Below, piece by piece: positions 1 to 9,687 of a stretch of 64,000 bases of DNA. The notes under the pieces were generated by a model. It saw only the letters and a program-made list of their open reading frames with translations. It ran no database searches and was not told the origin of the DNA. The position numbers and the translations under genes are program-made. This DNA is from Patescibacteria group bacterium (GTDB lineage: Bacteria > Patescibacteriota > UBA1384 > XYA2-FULL-43-10 > 1-14-0-10-43-13): NCBI GenBank assembly GCA_041671645.1, contig JBAZBD010000001.1, positions 265,357 through 329,356 on the forward strand, written 5' to 3'. Within the stretch, counting starts at the first letter, position 1, and every line of letters starts with the position of its first letter.

Positions 1-720
1 GGATGTGCGCTTGGAAGCCAGATATGAAGAGGAATAATACCAGCCTTCGTGCCAAAACCAATCAGAGCAAAGATAAAGGCTAGCGTTTGGGTATGCGGAG
101 AAACCAGCCCGATGTTGTTCTTAATTACTTCGAAATCGAAGGAGCCGGTGGAACGATAGAGCAATAGGAAAGCAAGAATGATGAAGGCTGTTCCGACATG
201 AGTCATGATGAAGTACAAGAAGCCGGCCTGGATGTTTTTGATCTCGTTCTTCTCGTAGATCACGAGGAAGTAGGAAGCGAGCGACATGATTTCCCAGACG
301 ATCAGGAAGAAGAGGGCATTGTGCGCGGTCACAACCAGAAGCATGCCGGCGATAAAGGCGTTATAAAAGAAGCCGAGACTTCCGATATTGTACTTGCGAT
401 AATAATGTTTGACGTAGCCATAGCCATAAATTGAGGCGAAAAGAGCTATCAGCGAGATAACAAGGACGAAAAATCCAGAGAGAAGGTCTGCGTGTACAGA
501 GAACGAAAGGGCTGGTAGTGTCGATGGCAAGCTGAAGGAGAAACTGCCACCCTTGAAGATAGTAAGTATCGAAGAGAAAATCCCGAAAATGGAGCCGAAA
601 ATTGCGAAGGCGCTGCTTGTGAAATTTGCGAGCTGGTCCTTTCGGCTGGCTAGCAACGAGAAAATCGCTCCGCATGCGAAGAGGGAAAGTGCAATAATAA
701 AGGAAGACTCGGCGAGGTTC
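1..720 (-). CDS. Partial (N-terminal part; runs off window start) NuoL/NuoM/MnhA/HyfB-family proton-pumping membrane subunit
   Basis: Reverse-strand translation from the ATG at 720 gives MNLAESSFIIALSLFACGAIF... with multiple TM helices and the family motif ...TKAGIIPLHIWLP near the window edge. The start lies 3 nt downstream of the stop of the NuoB-like gene, so the two are probably co-transcribed. The ORF track does not list it because it is truncated by the window. Confidence 0.7.
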
Positions 721-723
721 ATA

Positions 724-1269
724 TTAATTGTCTTTGGCTATTTTAGTTTTGGTCTCGATTTTTTCTAAAATCTCAAGAAGAGCTAGCAGAATTGCTTTTG
801 GTGTTGGTGGATCGCCAGGAATCGAATAATTGACTGGTATTACTTTGTTGACGCCATCCAACACAGCGTAAGAACCTTTGAATATTCCGCCATCGATGGC
901 GTCATCGCCAACGGCTACGACAATCTTGGGGTCGGGAGTCGCTTCGTAAGTCTTGATTAGCGCCTTTTCCATATTTCTTGAGACTGGGCCAGTCACCATC
1001 AGCATATCGGCGTGTCTGGGGGAAGCGACAAAGTGAATGCCAAATCTTTCTGAATCATAAAAACAGTTGGAGAGGGCGGTGAGCTCGTGTTCACAAGCAT
1101 TGGAGGAACCGGCGTCAACTTCGCGAATGGCGAGAGAACCTCTGAACAATTTCTTGACTTTGGCTTCAATCTTTTTGCCAATCAACAAAACTTCGCCGTC
1201 CAAAAGTAAATCTCTGGGCTCGATAATTGTTTTCTGAGTCTTAAGTATTTTAGTAAAGAGGTTGGGCAT
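724..1269 (-). CDS. NuoB / NiFe-hydrogenase small-subunit homolog with degenerate Fe-S ligands (Ehr-like)
   Basis: Strong similarity to the NuoB C-terminal half (SPRHADMLMVTGPVS...IVVAVG..A.DGG...VIPVNYSIPG.PP). Cluster N2 ligand positions read NAC (for CC), GDDAIDGG (for GSCANGGG) and IPGDPP (for GCPP), so only 1 of 4 Cys is retained. Confidence 0.7.
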   Translation of the reverse strand: MPNLFTKILKTQKTIIEPRDLLLDGEVLLIGKKIEAKVKKLFRGSLAIREVDAGSSNACEHELTALSNCFYDSERFGIHFVASPRHADMLMVTGPVSRNMEKALIKTYEATPDPKIVVAVGDDAIDGGIFKGSYAVLDGVNKVIPVNYSIPGDPPTPKAILLALLEILEKIETKTKIAKDN

Positions 1270-1463
1270 TTTCGCTAGATTTCACTCGTGATTTATATGA
1301 ACAATATACTATTAGTGAGGCGAAAAATCAAATCCTGTCGGACGGTTGACTAGTTGCCAATTTAAGGGTAGGCTATTACCTAGTTTTTTCGCTGCAATAT
1401 TGGTTTTTCTCCCCAAGAGGCTAAGTCAGTAGCAGGGCACAAACATTTCTTTGGAGGTCCCCA

Positions 1464-2180
1464 ATGCCGAGGAAATTTATTGGAATAGAGGCAATCCTTG
1501 GTGATTGCTCAGACGTTCGTGTCGAGCCTTATTATGACATGATCGCTGACTATCTTGATGGAGCCCGCAAGCCGAGCCCGGGTTGTAAACTACCCGCTAG
1601 TTCTGACTTTGTGCGGCTCTACACCGATCGCTATCGTAACAACGATGGCATCATCCCTTTTTTGGCCATACCCCATGACAGCCATTGCGCGGCATGGAAT
1701 GGCAACGGTGGTGATGAAGCCGGTTTTGAATATGCCGACTTTTTGATTGATTACCTACTCCGCCATGGTATCCCGGCCGCTTCGCTACGGGCGATCGACG
1801 GCCATCCGCCGATCGTTTCGCATGATGGCTTGACTTGTCATGGGCATAGCGCCCTCCGCGACCGCATCAGGGAGATGTGCGCAGATCCCTATTTAGCGGA
1901 TAGATGGGTATTCCACCATCCGGCCCGGGCTTATTCGGTCAATGTCGGTCATCATTTCTTCCGTCGGCCGTACCAACAGATTCTTCGATTCACTAGCTTC
2001 TATTTTGAAGAGGGTGCGGAGGCTGCTAATACGGTAGGCAGAATTCTGACCCTTTTTGCGCCGGGGGAAGTTCTGCCAGTTTATTTCTCAAAAGAGGTAT
2101 CGTGGCGTCGTCGTCGCGAGATCTCTGATCTTCTGACGGCACACAATCTTCCTCTGGACATCAAGGTGATGTCAGCCTAA
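1464..2180 (+). CDS. Hypothetical protein (His/Cys-rich, GC-rich gene)
   Basis: 238-aa ORF with no recognisable motif. RBS-like GGAGG lies upstream. Confidence 0.45.
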   Translation: MPRKFIGIEAILGDCSDVRVEPYYDMIADYLDGARKPSPGCKLPASSDFVRLYTDRYRNNDGIIPFLAIPHDSHCAAWNGNGGDEAGFEYADFLIDYLLRHGIPAASLRAIDGHPPIVSHDGLTCHGHSALRDRIREMCADPYLADRWVFHHPARAYSVNVGHHFFRRPYQQILRFTSFYFEEGAEAANTVGRILTLFAPGEVLPVYFSKEVSWRRRREISDLLTAHNLPLDIKVMSA

Positions 2181-2287
2181 GCAAACTTGAGGCCGCAAAC
2201 ACTGCGGTCTCTTTTATTTGACCCAGAATTGTACTATAGTGTCGCTTGAAGCAAATGCTTCAAATACAGACGAGGGAGGGATGAACC

Positions 2288-2812
2288 ATGTCGTCTCACG
2301 GAATCTCAAAACCAGATAATGAGAAGTATCTGGACGATTTGCGCTATTTCGTAGAAATAGTGACAAAAGGTAGTATCCCGGGGCAAGACCCGATCACTCG
2401 AGAAATCGATCGGATAGTGCCACTTGGGCCAAGGACGTTGTCACCGGAGGTGATGCATCTCCTGATGGATGCAGGAGTTATCATAGACACGGGACAGAAG
2501 GGTGCCAAATCTGGCGAAATTCGCCCCTACGGCTTACTTGCTGAGAAGAGAAGCCATCGCAACGGTCAACTCTTGTTGGAGCGGGCAAGTTCGCTTGTTC
2601 CAGACATCAATTTTGCGACCCTTTGGCGAGTGTCTTCAACGGTGCTCCGCAATTTGGAGTATTTCCTGACTCGCGAGGGGTCACCGTTGCAAAGGCTGGC
2701 CTGTCGACCTGACCCTGGTCGTCATCCGCGACTTTATTACATGAACGAATTCAACGAATGGTCACTCAACTATGATTTTGTGAAAGATTATATAGGTGAC
2801 CAACAAACCTAA
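2288..2812 (+). CDS. Hypothetical protein
   Basis: 174-aa ORF preceded by GGGAGGGATGAACCATG. No recognisable domain. Confidence 0.45.
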   Translation: MSSHGISKPDNEKYLDDLRYFVEIVTKGSIPGQDPITREIDRIVPLGPRTLSPEVMHLLMDAGVIIDTGQKGAKSGEIRPYGLLAEKRSHRNGQLLLERASSLVPDINFATLWRVSSTVLRNLEYFLTREGSPLQRLACRPDPGRHPRLYYMNEFNEWSLNYDFVKDYIGDQQT

Positions 2813-2931
2813 CCACAACGCCCCCTTGGGGCGTTTTTTAATACGCACGAATTTTGCAAAGAAAAGCAGAAAGTAGTTAAATTAGAAATATACTAAAGAA
2901 TCTCGCTAACTAATTTAGAAGAGAGGCCCAA

Positions 2932-3411
2932 ATGCCAGGAATTGGAATTGAAGGCGAAGTTGAGATGATAGAAGAGACCGCAGTTAATACGGACACTGCT
3001 GCCCCGGCTGAAGCGCCGGAAAAAATCGATTTGCCTATTGTTCGTTTTTGGGTCGGCGAAGAGGTAACTGGTGATGAGCTCAAGAAGAACTGGGAATTTG
3101 AATGCAAGCGCCCCGACTTTTCGTATGATGGCAAAACTTGTGAGAAATGGGTCGTTGGCGGTGACGGAGGACAGATTTGGCTGGCTCGAGATAAGGAACA
3201 AAACAAGTTGATCGGAGTCTTGAGACTGGTGAAAGGTGAGGCAGCAGCCTCAGTAGAGGAACTGAAAAAGTGGCATTTCACGGAAGGGCAGGAGTATAAC
3301 CATGGCGGTGAATATTATACGAATTACGAGTTGCATAATGCCGAGGGGCGTCTGCTTGTAAACAAAAATAGCGGCGTGATTAAGTCTTACACAAAAAATC
3401 CCGATTTCTAA
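2932..3411 (+). CDS. Hypothetical protein
   Basis: 159-aa ORF with an acidic N-terminus. No recognisable domain. Confidence 0.4.
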   Translation: MPGIGIEGEVEMIEETAVNTDTAAPAEAPEKIDLPIVRFWVGEEVTGDELKKNWEFECKRPDFSYDGKTCEKWVVGGDGGQIWLARDKEQNKLIGVLRLVKGEAAASVEELKKWHFTEGQEYNHGGEYYTNYELHNAEGRLLVNKNSGVIKSYTKNPDF

Positions 3412-3431
3412 TTTGTTTTGTTTGGGGGAAT

Positions 3432-4973
3432 ATGGACAAGGTTGCGAAAATCTATAGTGCGGCCACGGTGGGACTCGACTCGTATTTAGTTGAGGTCGAG
3501 GTTGATATTGGGGCTGGATTACCGTCTTTTACCATTGTTGGACTGGGTGACAAGGCGATAGATGAGAGCAAGGAGCGAATTCGGGCGGCGGTCAAGAATT
3601 CTGGTATGCACTTTCCGCAACATCGCTTGACGATCAATTTGGCGCCGGCCGATGTGAAGAAGGAGGGGCCAAATTTTGATTTGCCGATGGCAGTCGGAAT
3701 ATTACTGGCCGGAGAGCAATTTGACAACGTCAAGGACTTCGAGGAGTCGCTCTTTATCGGTGAATTATCGCTCGATGGTAAACTTCGCCATGTCAATGGG
3801 GTTTTGCCGATCGTAATGTTTGCCAAGGAGAAGGGATACAAGCAAGTATTCTTACCGGAAATCAACGCCGCTGAAGCTAGTTTGGTCAAAAATATTGCGA
3901 TCAGACCAATTTCTACGTTAATTCAATTAGTTAAGCATCTGCGAGGCGAACAAATAGTTCAAAGTTATAAAGCTCAAAAAGTCGATAAAGTCGAAAAAGA
4001 GTCGCAATCGGATTTTTGCTATGTGGCTGGGCAGGAACAGGTCAAGCGTGCGCTCGAGATTGCGGCGGCGGGCAATCACAATATCTTACTCTCTGGCCCG
4101 CCAGGGTCGGGCAAGACTCTGCTGGCGCGCACGATGCCAACCATCTTGCCCGAGATGGATGAAGACGAAATGCTCGAAGTGACCAAGATCTACTCTGTGG
4201 CGGGGCACTTGGGCAACGGCGACCCCTTTGTTTCTGACCGACCGTTCCGCTCTCCACATCACACCACTTCAAGTGTGGCGATGGTCGGAGGCGGGACTTG
4301 GCCTCGTCCGGGAGAGATAAGCCTTTCCCATCGAGGTGTCCTCTTTTTGGACGAATTTCCTGAGTTCCCACGCTCGGTTTTGGAAGCCCTTCGCCAGCCA
4401 CTTGAGGACGGCGTGGTCACAGTTTCGCGAGCGACCGGAAGCCTGACCTTCCCAGCTGAATTCTTGCTGGTGGCGGCGCAAAATCCTTGCCCATGCGGCT
4501 TCCTAAGCGACCCGGAGAAGCATTGCACTTGCACGCCGACGCAGATCATCAGATATCAAAAGAAGGTCTCAGGACCGATCCTAGACCGAATCGATATCCA
4601 TATGGAAGTACCGAGATTGAAATACGACAAATTGGCAGGGAGTCCGCCAGCTGGCGGAGTGGCGGAGGAGTCAGCCAAGGTCAGAGCTAGGGTTCAATCT
4701 GCACGGGACAGGCAAACAGAGCGATTCAAAAATACCAAGATCAAGTCGAACTCCGAGATGAGTTCCAAGGAAATCAAGCAGTATTGCAAACTGGAAGAAT
4801 CAGCCGAGAAGCTGATCGCTCAGGCGGTGGACTCAATGAGGCTATCGGCTCGCGTATATCATCGATTGCTCAAATTATCTCGCACAATTGCCGATCTCGA
4901 GGGCGCAGAGAATATTAAATCAGAACATATCGCTGAAGCATTGCAATACAGACCAAAAGAAAAAACGTACTAG
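3432..4973 (+). CDS. comM: YifB/ComM-family Mg-chelatase-like AAA+ ATPase
   Basis: N-terminal Lon-protease-like domain (YSAATVGLDSYLVEVEVDIGAGLPSFTIVGL), Walker A LSGPPGSGKTLLAR and C-terminal Mg-chelatase domain. Length 513 aa is typical of the family. Confidence 0.85.
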   Translation: MDKVAKIYSAATVGLDSYLVEVEVDIGAGLPSFTIVGLGDKAIDESKERIRAAVKNSGMHFPQHRLTINLAPADVKKEGPNFDLPMAVGILLAGEQFDNVKDFEESLFIGELSLDGKLRHVNGVLPIVMFAKEKGYKQVFLPEINAAEASLVKNIAIRPISTLIQLVKHLRGEQIVQSYKAQKVDKVEKESQSDFCYVAGQEQVKRALEIAAAGNHNILLSGPPGSGKTLLARTMPTILPEMDEDEMLEVTKIYSVAGHLGNGDPFVSDRPFRSPHHTTSSVAMVGGGTWPRPGEISLSHRGVLFLDEFPEFPRSVLEALRQPLEDGVVTVSRATGSLTFPAEFLLVAAQNPCPCGFLSDPEKHCTCTPTQIIRYQKKVSGPILDRIDIHMEVPRLKYDKLAGSPPAGGVAEESAKVRARVQSARDRQTERFKNTKIKSNSEMSSKEIKQYCKLEESAEKLIAQAVDSMRLSARVYHRLLKLSRTIADLEGAENIKSEHIAEALQYRPKEKTY

Positions 4974-4998
4974 GTCCTGAAGCGATTGAATAGGCAAT

Positions 4999-5032
4999 TA
5001 AAAAACGCCCCAATATCGATTGGGACGTTTTG
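4999..5032. terminator. Bidirectional rho-independent terminator between convergent genes
   Basis: AAAAACGCCCCAATATCGATTGGGACGTTTT: an 11-bp stem with one mismatch, loop ATCG, an A-run on the left and a T-run on the right. Confidence 0.6.
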
Positions 5033-5039
5033 GTGAGTG

Positions 5040-5327
5040 TCACTCTGCGGAGGCAGAGTTACGGATCATTTGTATTGCGCACGGGGCGCAAATTACAGGG
5101 TCACAGACGCCTTGGTTTTTGACCTCTTCAAAGTCGATTGGCATGCGACAAGTCCTGCTTGTCTGCCGATTTGACTCGTTGTCTTCGACCTCGACGAGGG
5201 CCCAGGTAAAAACCATTCCTTCCACAAGGTTTACAGTGGCGGAGAGAAGTATGTTCTCCTCGTGGTTTTCGATTGAGCGTTCGAGCCAAACGGCCCAAAT
5301 TTGCATGACTGGCTTTCCAGTTTTCAT
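5040..5327 (-). CDS. Hypothetical protein (95 aa)
   Basis: ORF on the same strand as, and downstream of, the kinase and membrane-protein genes. It ends right at the terminator. The overlapping + strand ORF looks less protein-like. Confidence 0.35.
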   Translation of the reverse strand: MKTGKPVMQIWAVWLERSIENHEENILLSATVNLVEGMVFTWALVEVEDNESNRQTSRTCRMPIDFEEVKNQGVCDPVICAPCAIQMIRNSASAE

Positions 5328-5386
5328 TAAAAAATTCCTCCCATAGCGGAATGTGTACTTGTGCTTACTATATCACAAAAGAGTAT

Positions 5387-5719
5387 TTATTGCAACTGAA
5401 AATTGCCGATTTTGTAGATCCAATCGCCGATATTGGTCAGAACATCGGTCTTCTGACCGAGAATATATATGCCGACGAAAATTATAGTGAGGGAGGCGAT
5501 TACGATCAAAAGCTTGTTCACATCTTTGCGGATATGGGCGTATTTGGCATTTAGTTCCGTCTCGCGGTCAACTTTGATTGGAGCTTCTGGCGCAGTTTTG
5601 ACGGTTTCGACTTGAGTATTGCTCGGGTTAGGTATTGAAATCGTGGTTGTCTCTCTTGCAACTTCATTTTGAATTCTTGGTTTTTGAGATTGTCTGAATT
5701 TATTTTTCTTTTTACCCAT
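5387..5719 (-). CDS. Hypothetical membrane-anchored protein (110 aa, basic N-terminus, C-terminal TM helix)
   Basis: MGKKKNKFRQSQKPR... with the hydrophobic segment LLIVIASLTIIFVGIYIL. Confidence 0.45.
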   Translation of the reverse strand: MGKKKNKFRQSQKPRIQNEVARETTTISIPNPSNTQVETVKTAPEAPIKVDRETELNAKYAHIRKDVNKLLIVIASLTIIFVGIYILGQKTDVLTNIGDWIYKIGNFQLQ

Positions 5720-5833
5720 ATATTCCTTTTGTTATCTTGAGTTAAAGGTACTATAAAAAGGACGAAAAGATCAATGGTTGAATTGAAATAAAACGACCAC
5801 CCAAGTTATCGATGGGTGGTCTGTGCTTGTGGG

Positions 5834-7162
5834 CTATGATACCAGCTCTGGGAGCGCGTTCAAAGCCTCTTTGACACTGTCAAATTCTTTGCAGTAGTAG
5901 AGGCCGTTGGCGGCCAGTCCGGCGTGGGTGGAGCTGCTGGCGTGACGGGGAACGACGACATCGAGACCCGAAAATTCAAGCGCTTTGACGAAGGCGGCGT
6001 TTTCGGCCCAGCCACCGGTAATTGCGACTTTGCAAATCAGCGGGATTTGCAAAGTTTCTGCTACACGATCTGCTTCGTGTACCATTGCAACGGCGACTCC
6101 GCGGAGATAGGCGGCAATGCCCTTACTTGGATCTTTGAAATTGGTGCAGACCCAGGCCGGCAGATTCGGAGCCAGAATAGTTTCGAGTGGCAGCGGCTCG
6201 ACCAGTCTGACCACTTCTGCGGCCGACTCGGACGCTTCGCAGTAACTCAGGTCGAAGTGACCGATCAGCTCTTTGTACATGGGGCCGAACATCCCGGTGT
6301 TGGTGACGGCGGCGCGGGTGGGGCCGAGGCCTTCAAAGTTGATGTTGGCCTTGAATGTGGTGCTTGTTGGAACGACGTTGTCAGGAATTCGTACGGTTGT
6401 ACCGAGCCAACTGCCGGTCCAGAAGACCCAATTACACTCAGTCAGCCCAACCAGGCGAGAGAGGACCGAGTCGTGAGAAGTTGCGAGAACTCTCGAACTT
6501 TTGTACCCAGACATTACGGCTCCGTCTTCGAGAATCGGACCTGCTCCAATCATTTCTCCTGGTATTGCACCGAAATTAGCTCCAGCATAAATCGAGGCAG
6601 CGGTCGAAGCGTGCAGTCCCATGCTTTGGCGCATGGTCTCGTCGTGCCCTGGTATTCCGCCGGACAATTTCCAGTTGATTAGTCCGGAAAACGGTACGAC
6701 GCCTAAGATGTCGCTTACGGAGAGTAATTCTGGGCAAAGGCGCTCTGTGGCGGCCAATATGCCAAGCGGTTGATAGAAGGCCGCAGCGGCTCCACCGGAG
6801 AGGAGATACATCTCTTCCCTGGTACGACCGACTTTGGCCAGCGCGTTTTCCAGGTCGGCTTCGGTGACCGATCGGTAATGCGGCAGGGGATACGTTGTCC
6901 CGCCCATACGGAGGCAGAATAGTAAGTCTGCACCCCACATGCCGGAGACGACGATGTCGCCCGGCTCTACAATATTCTTGGTGATCTGGTCGAGAGTGTC
7001 GGCCAGCCACTGGATGGGCCACTCCCAGAGTGGGCCATCAATTATCCAGGGGATCTTCTCTTCAAGCAAGATCCGGGCCCCGTCTTTGTCGTAGCTGACC
7101 ACCGATAACCCAGTAGTAGCACCGAGCACGATGGAAATAACGCGAGAATTGAATTGTGCCAT
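5834..7162 (-). CDS. FGGY-family carbohydrate kinase (rhamnulokinase-like)
   Basis: Actin-fold kinase signatures: N-terminal GMWGADLLF (compare IDTWGVDF), LATSHDSV (compare VASHDTASA) and C-terminal ITGGWAENAAFVKAL (compare IVGGGCQN). The gene looks GC-rich relative to its neighbours. Confidence 0.55.
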   Translation of the reverse strand: MAQFNSRVISIVLGATTGLSVVSYDKDGARILLEEKIPWIIDGPLWEWPIQWLADTLDQITKNIVEPGDIVVSGMWGADLLFCLRMGGTTYPLPHYRSVTEADLENALAKVGRTREEMYLLSGGAAAAFYQPLGILAATERLCPELLSVSDILGVVPFSGLINWKLSGGIPGHDETMRQSMGLHASTAASIYAGANFGAIPGEMIGAGPILEDGAVMSGYKSSRVLATSHDSVLSRLVGLTECNWVFWTGSWLGTTVRIPDNVVPTSTTFKANINFEGLGPTRAAVTNTGMFGPMYKELIGHFDLSYCEASESAAEVVRLVEPLPLETILAPNLPAWVCTNFKDPSKGIAAYLRGVAVAMVHEADRVAETLQIPLICKVAITGGWAENAAFVKALEFSGLDVVVPRHASSSTHAGLAANGLYYCKEFDSVKEALNALPELVS

Positions 7163-7268
7163 GTCATAAACCTCCTTCAGATTCTAATCCTTGGCTTATG
7201 AATGTTAAAACATATTTCGATAAATAAGTCAAAGAAAAAAGCTCCAGCATGAGCTGAAGCATTTTTCT

Positions 7269-7343
7269 TGGAGCGGGTAACGGGAGTCGAACCCGTATCT
7301 CATCCTTGGCAAGGACGTATAATAGCCGCTATACGATACCCGC
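7269..7343 (-). tRNA. tRNA-Gly (GCC), CCA encoded
   Basis: Cloverleaf folded by hand. Acceptor GCGGGTA/TACCCGC, anticodon loop TTGCCAA, T-loop TTCGACT. Confidence 0.8.
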
Positions 7344-7356
7344 AAACGTTTGATTT

Positions 7357-7430
7357 TGGAGGTCTGGCCGGGAATCGAACCCGGCTACGCGGTTTTGCAG
7401 ACCGCTGCCTAACCTCTCGGCCACCAGACC
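7357..7430 (-). tRNA. tRNA-Cys (GCA), CCA encoded
   Basis: Acceptor GGTCTGG/CCAGACC, anticodon loop CTGCAAA, T-loop TTCGATT. Confidence 0.75.
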
Positions 7431-7476
7431 TAATAACTATTATGCAAACGAAGTGGCCAGCCATCCGTAAGAAGAA

Positions 7477-7551
<75 letters not shown>

Positions 7552-7612
7552 GTAAAACAAGAAAATATTAACACTTTTAAGCCGCTAAATCAATATCGCT
7601 AGGGCTCTTCTC

Positions 7613-7641
7613 TTGAAAAATTAGCTGTTCTCAAGTATTAT
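7613..7641 (+). promoter_or_regulatory. Putative sigma70-type promoter for secG
   Basis: TTGAAA - 17 nt spacer - TATTAT, about 30 nt upstream of the secG ATG. Confidence 0.45.
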
Positions 7642-7670
7642 CTAATCTAGGTCGAGAGGCCGATTCACTT

Positions 7671-7892
7671 ATGTCAAACACATTCAAAATTATTCAAATT
7701 ATTCTGGCCATACTTTTGGTCATTTTGATCTTGCTTCAGCAGAGAGGCTCCGGCCTTGGCGCCGCTTTTGGCGGAGGAGACGGTAATGTCTACCGATCAC
7801 GTCGTGGCATAGAGAAGATGATTTTCTACGCTACTATTGTTGTCGCAGTTCTATTTTGTATCGTCGCCCTCTTCTCGGTTTTCTTTTCCTAA
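7671..7892 (+). CDS. secG: Preprotein translocase subunit SecG
   Basis: 73 aa with two TM helices and the LLQQ.GSGLGAAFGGG motif typical of SecG. Confidence 0.7.
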   Translation: MSNTFKIIQIILAILLVILILLQQRGSGLGAAFGGGDGNVYRSRRGIEKMIFYATIVVAVLFCIVALFSVFFS

Positions 7893-7904
7893 TCTCAAAC
7901 TATT

Positions 7905-9431
7905 ATGAAATTACCTTTAGATTTTGATTCTAGAGACAAATTTAAGTTTTTTCACGCGAAGAGAAATCCCTTTTCATTTTTGAGTAAGTTTTTCTTTAAT
8001 TTGAAGAAGAGTTATCTTCTAATGTCCAAGATAGAAAGAGTCGGCGCACTCTTTTTTTCGTTGTTGGCCTTTGTCCTGATTGGATTTAAGCTCTACGACC
8101 TGTATCTTCTCATGACTGTCTCAATCCCGACCTCGGGTGGCGTTTACGAAGAAGCGGTATATGGGGATCTCAAATATATCAATCCGATCACGGCTCAATC
8201 AGAGACCGATAGGTCTGTCTCCAAATTGCTCTTCTCTGGACTTGTCAAAGTCGCGAGCCAGGACAAGATCTTGCCTGATCTGGCGGAAAAATGGGAAACA
8301 TCGACCGATGGCCAGACCTACACCTTCTATCTCAAGAAAAATCTGACTTTTAGCGATGGCGCGGCTTTAACCGCCAACGACGTTGCTTACACCGTCGACT
8401 ATATCAAGGATCCGGCTTCGAAGAGCCCGCTTCTAAACAGCTGGTCAAACGTAACTGTCCAAGTTGTCGACGACTACACCGTCACTTTCTCTCTTCCAAA
8501 AGTCTATGGACCATTCATCTACAACTGTGCTTTTGGCATCCTGCCTTCTCACCTATCGAGTGACGAATTTTCGAAGAAGTTGAGCGGGAGCGGCCCATAC
8601 AAATTCCTGAAATCCAGCAAGACAAAAGATAGTACCAAGATTTCATCAATCGAACTGGTCAAAAACACGAATTATGCCGGCTCGACCCCCTATATTGATA
8701 AACTGAAACTCGATTTCTACGCTAGCAAAGATGAGGCCAAGAGCGCTTATGAGAACGGCAAGAAGGTCAACGGGCTTTTTGGCACGACTTCTGGAGTAGG
8801 CCAGGACAAGAGCTTTCAGTCTGGCCGCCGCCTTGGCTTGATTGCCAATGTTACGAGCGAAAAATTGAAGGATGTTGCGGTCAGACAAAAACTTTTTGAG
8901 GCTACTGCCAAATTTGATACCGCAGTTGACTTAAACCTGGCTACTCTGGACGCTTCGTATCAGCGCGCCAAAGCGGATGAGCTGGTCGCCAAGTACAAAG
9001 AGTTGAACGTGAATTTGAACGTTCAATATTTGACGCCTTTGCAATTTCCAGACGCGATCTCGGCTCGCAAATATGATCTCTTGCTCTATGGATTTGACTT
9101 TGGCTATGACCGAGACCCTTATACTTTCTGGCATTCGAGCCAGGTCGCTAGTGGCATGAACTTCGCTGGCTGGTCAGACAAGGCTTCGGATATCTTGCTT
9201 GAAGATGCTCGCATGATTATTGATCCAGTTCAACGTAATGCCAAATATGACGAATTCTTTGCCAATGTCTTCACCAAGCAGTTCCTGGGCCAATTCTATG
9301 ATCCGATAAGCTACAATTTCGCTGTCAAAGATTCGATCAGGAATGTTGGCAGTATCGCAGGCAATCAGGTATATTCCAGGTACAGCGATATTTCCAGCTG
9401 GCATATCGAGGAGAAGAGAGTACGCAAATAG
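7905..9431 (+). CDS. ABC transporter substrate-binding protein, family 5 (peptide/nickel, OppA/DppA-like)
   Basis: N-terminal TM anchor, then LKYINPITAQSETDRSVSKLLFSGLVKV...EKWETSTDGQTYTFYLKKNLTFSDGAALTANDVAYTV, which is typical of SBP_bac_5. An alternative start is at 8022 (MSKIERV...). Confidence 0.65.
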   Translation: MKLPLDFDSRDKFKFFHAKRNPFSFLSKFFFNLKKSYLLMSKIERVGALFFSLLAFVLIGFKLYDLYLLMTVSIPTSGGVYEEAVYGDLKYINPITAQSETDRSVSKLLFSGLVKVASQDKILPDLAEKWETSTDGQTYTFYLKKNLTFSDGAALTANDVAYTVDYIKDPASKSPLLNSWSNVTVQVVDDYTVTFSLPKVYGPFIYNCAFGILPSHLSSDEFSKKLSGSGPYKFLKSSKTKDSTKISSIELVKNTNYAGSTPYIDKLKLDFYASKDEAKSAYENGKKVNGLFGTTSGVGQDKSFQSGRRLGLIANVTSEKLKDVAVRQKLFEATAKFDTAVDLNLATLDASYQRAKADELVAKYKELNVNLNVQYLTPLQFPDAISARKYDLLLYGFDFGYDRDPYTFWHSSQVASGMNFAGWSDKASDILLEDARMIIDPVQRNAKYDEFFANVFTKQFLGQFYDPISYNFAVKDSIRNVGSIAGNQVYSRYSDISSWHIEEKRVRK

Positions 9432-9466
9432 TTATAAAGTTAAAAGTTTAAAGTTCGTAAAGTCTA
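9431..9466. repeat. Short tandem array of the WAAAGTY repeat family
   Basis: GTTATAAAGTTAAAAGTTTAAAGTTCGTAAAGTCTAT. Confidence 0.5.
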
Positions 9467-9502
9467 TGATTTTCTTTACAACTTTATACTTTTGACTCAT
9501 TT

Positions 9503-9588
9503 GGGCGAATGGTGAAATGGCAGACACGCAGCGTTCAGAGCGCTGTGAGAGCAATCTCGTGGAGGTTCAAGTCCTCTTTCGCCCACCA
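9503..9588 (+). tRNA. tRNA-Leu (CAG), class II with long variable arm, CCA encoded
   Basis: Acceptor GGGCGAA/TTCGCCC, anticodon stem-loop CAGCG-TTCAGAG-CGCTG, T-loop TTCAAGT. Confidence 0.75.
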
Positions 9589-9687
9589 AAATAAGATTCA
9601 AAAGAGGCGGCTTTACGGTCGCTTCTTTTTTTGTTACGGTCTGGTGGGCAAATGCCCGTACACATATATTTTAAGGGGGGTTATCTC

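Noticed and set aside
5924-7022. Several 70-250-aa ORFs (5924-6682 +, 6576-7022 -, 6273-6476 +) inside the FGGY kinase gene
   Set aside because: They are alternative frames of a GC-rich gene. Only the 442-aa minus-strand frame carries the conserved sugar-kinase motifs.
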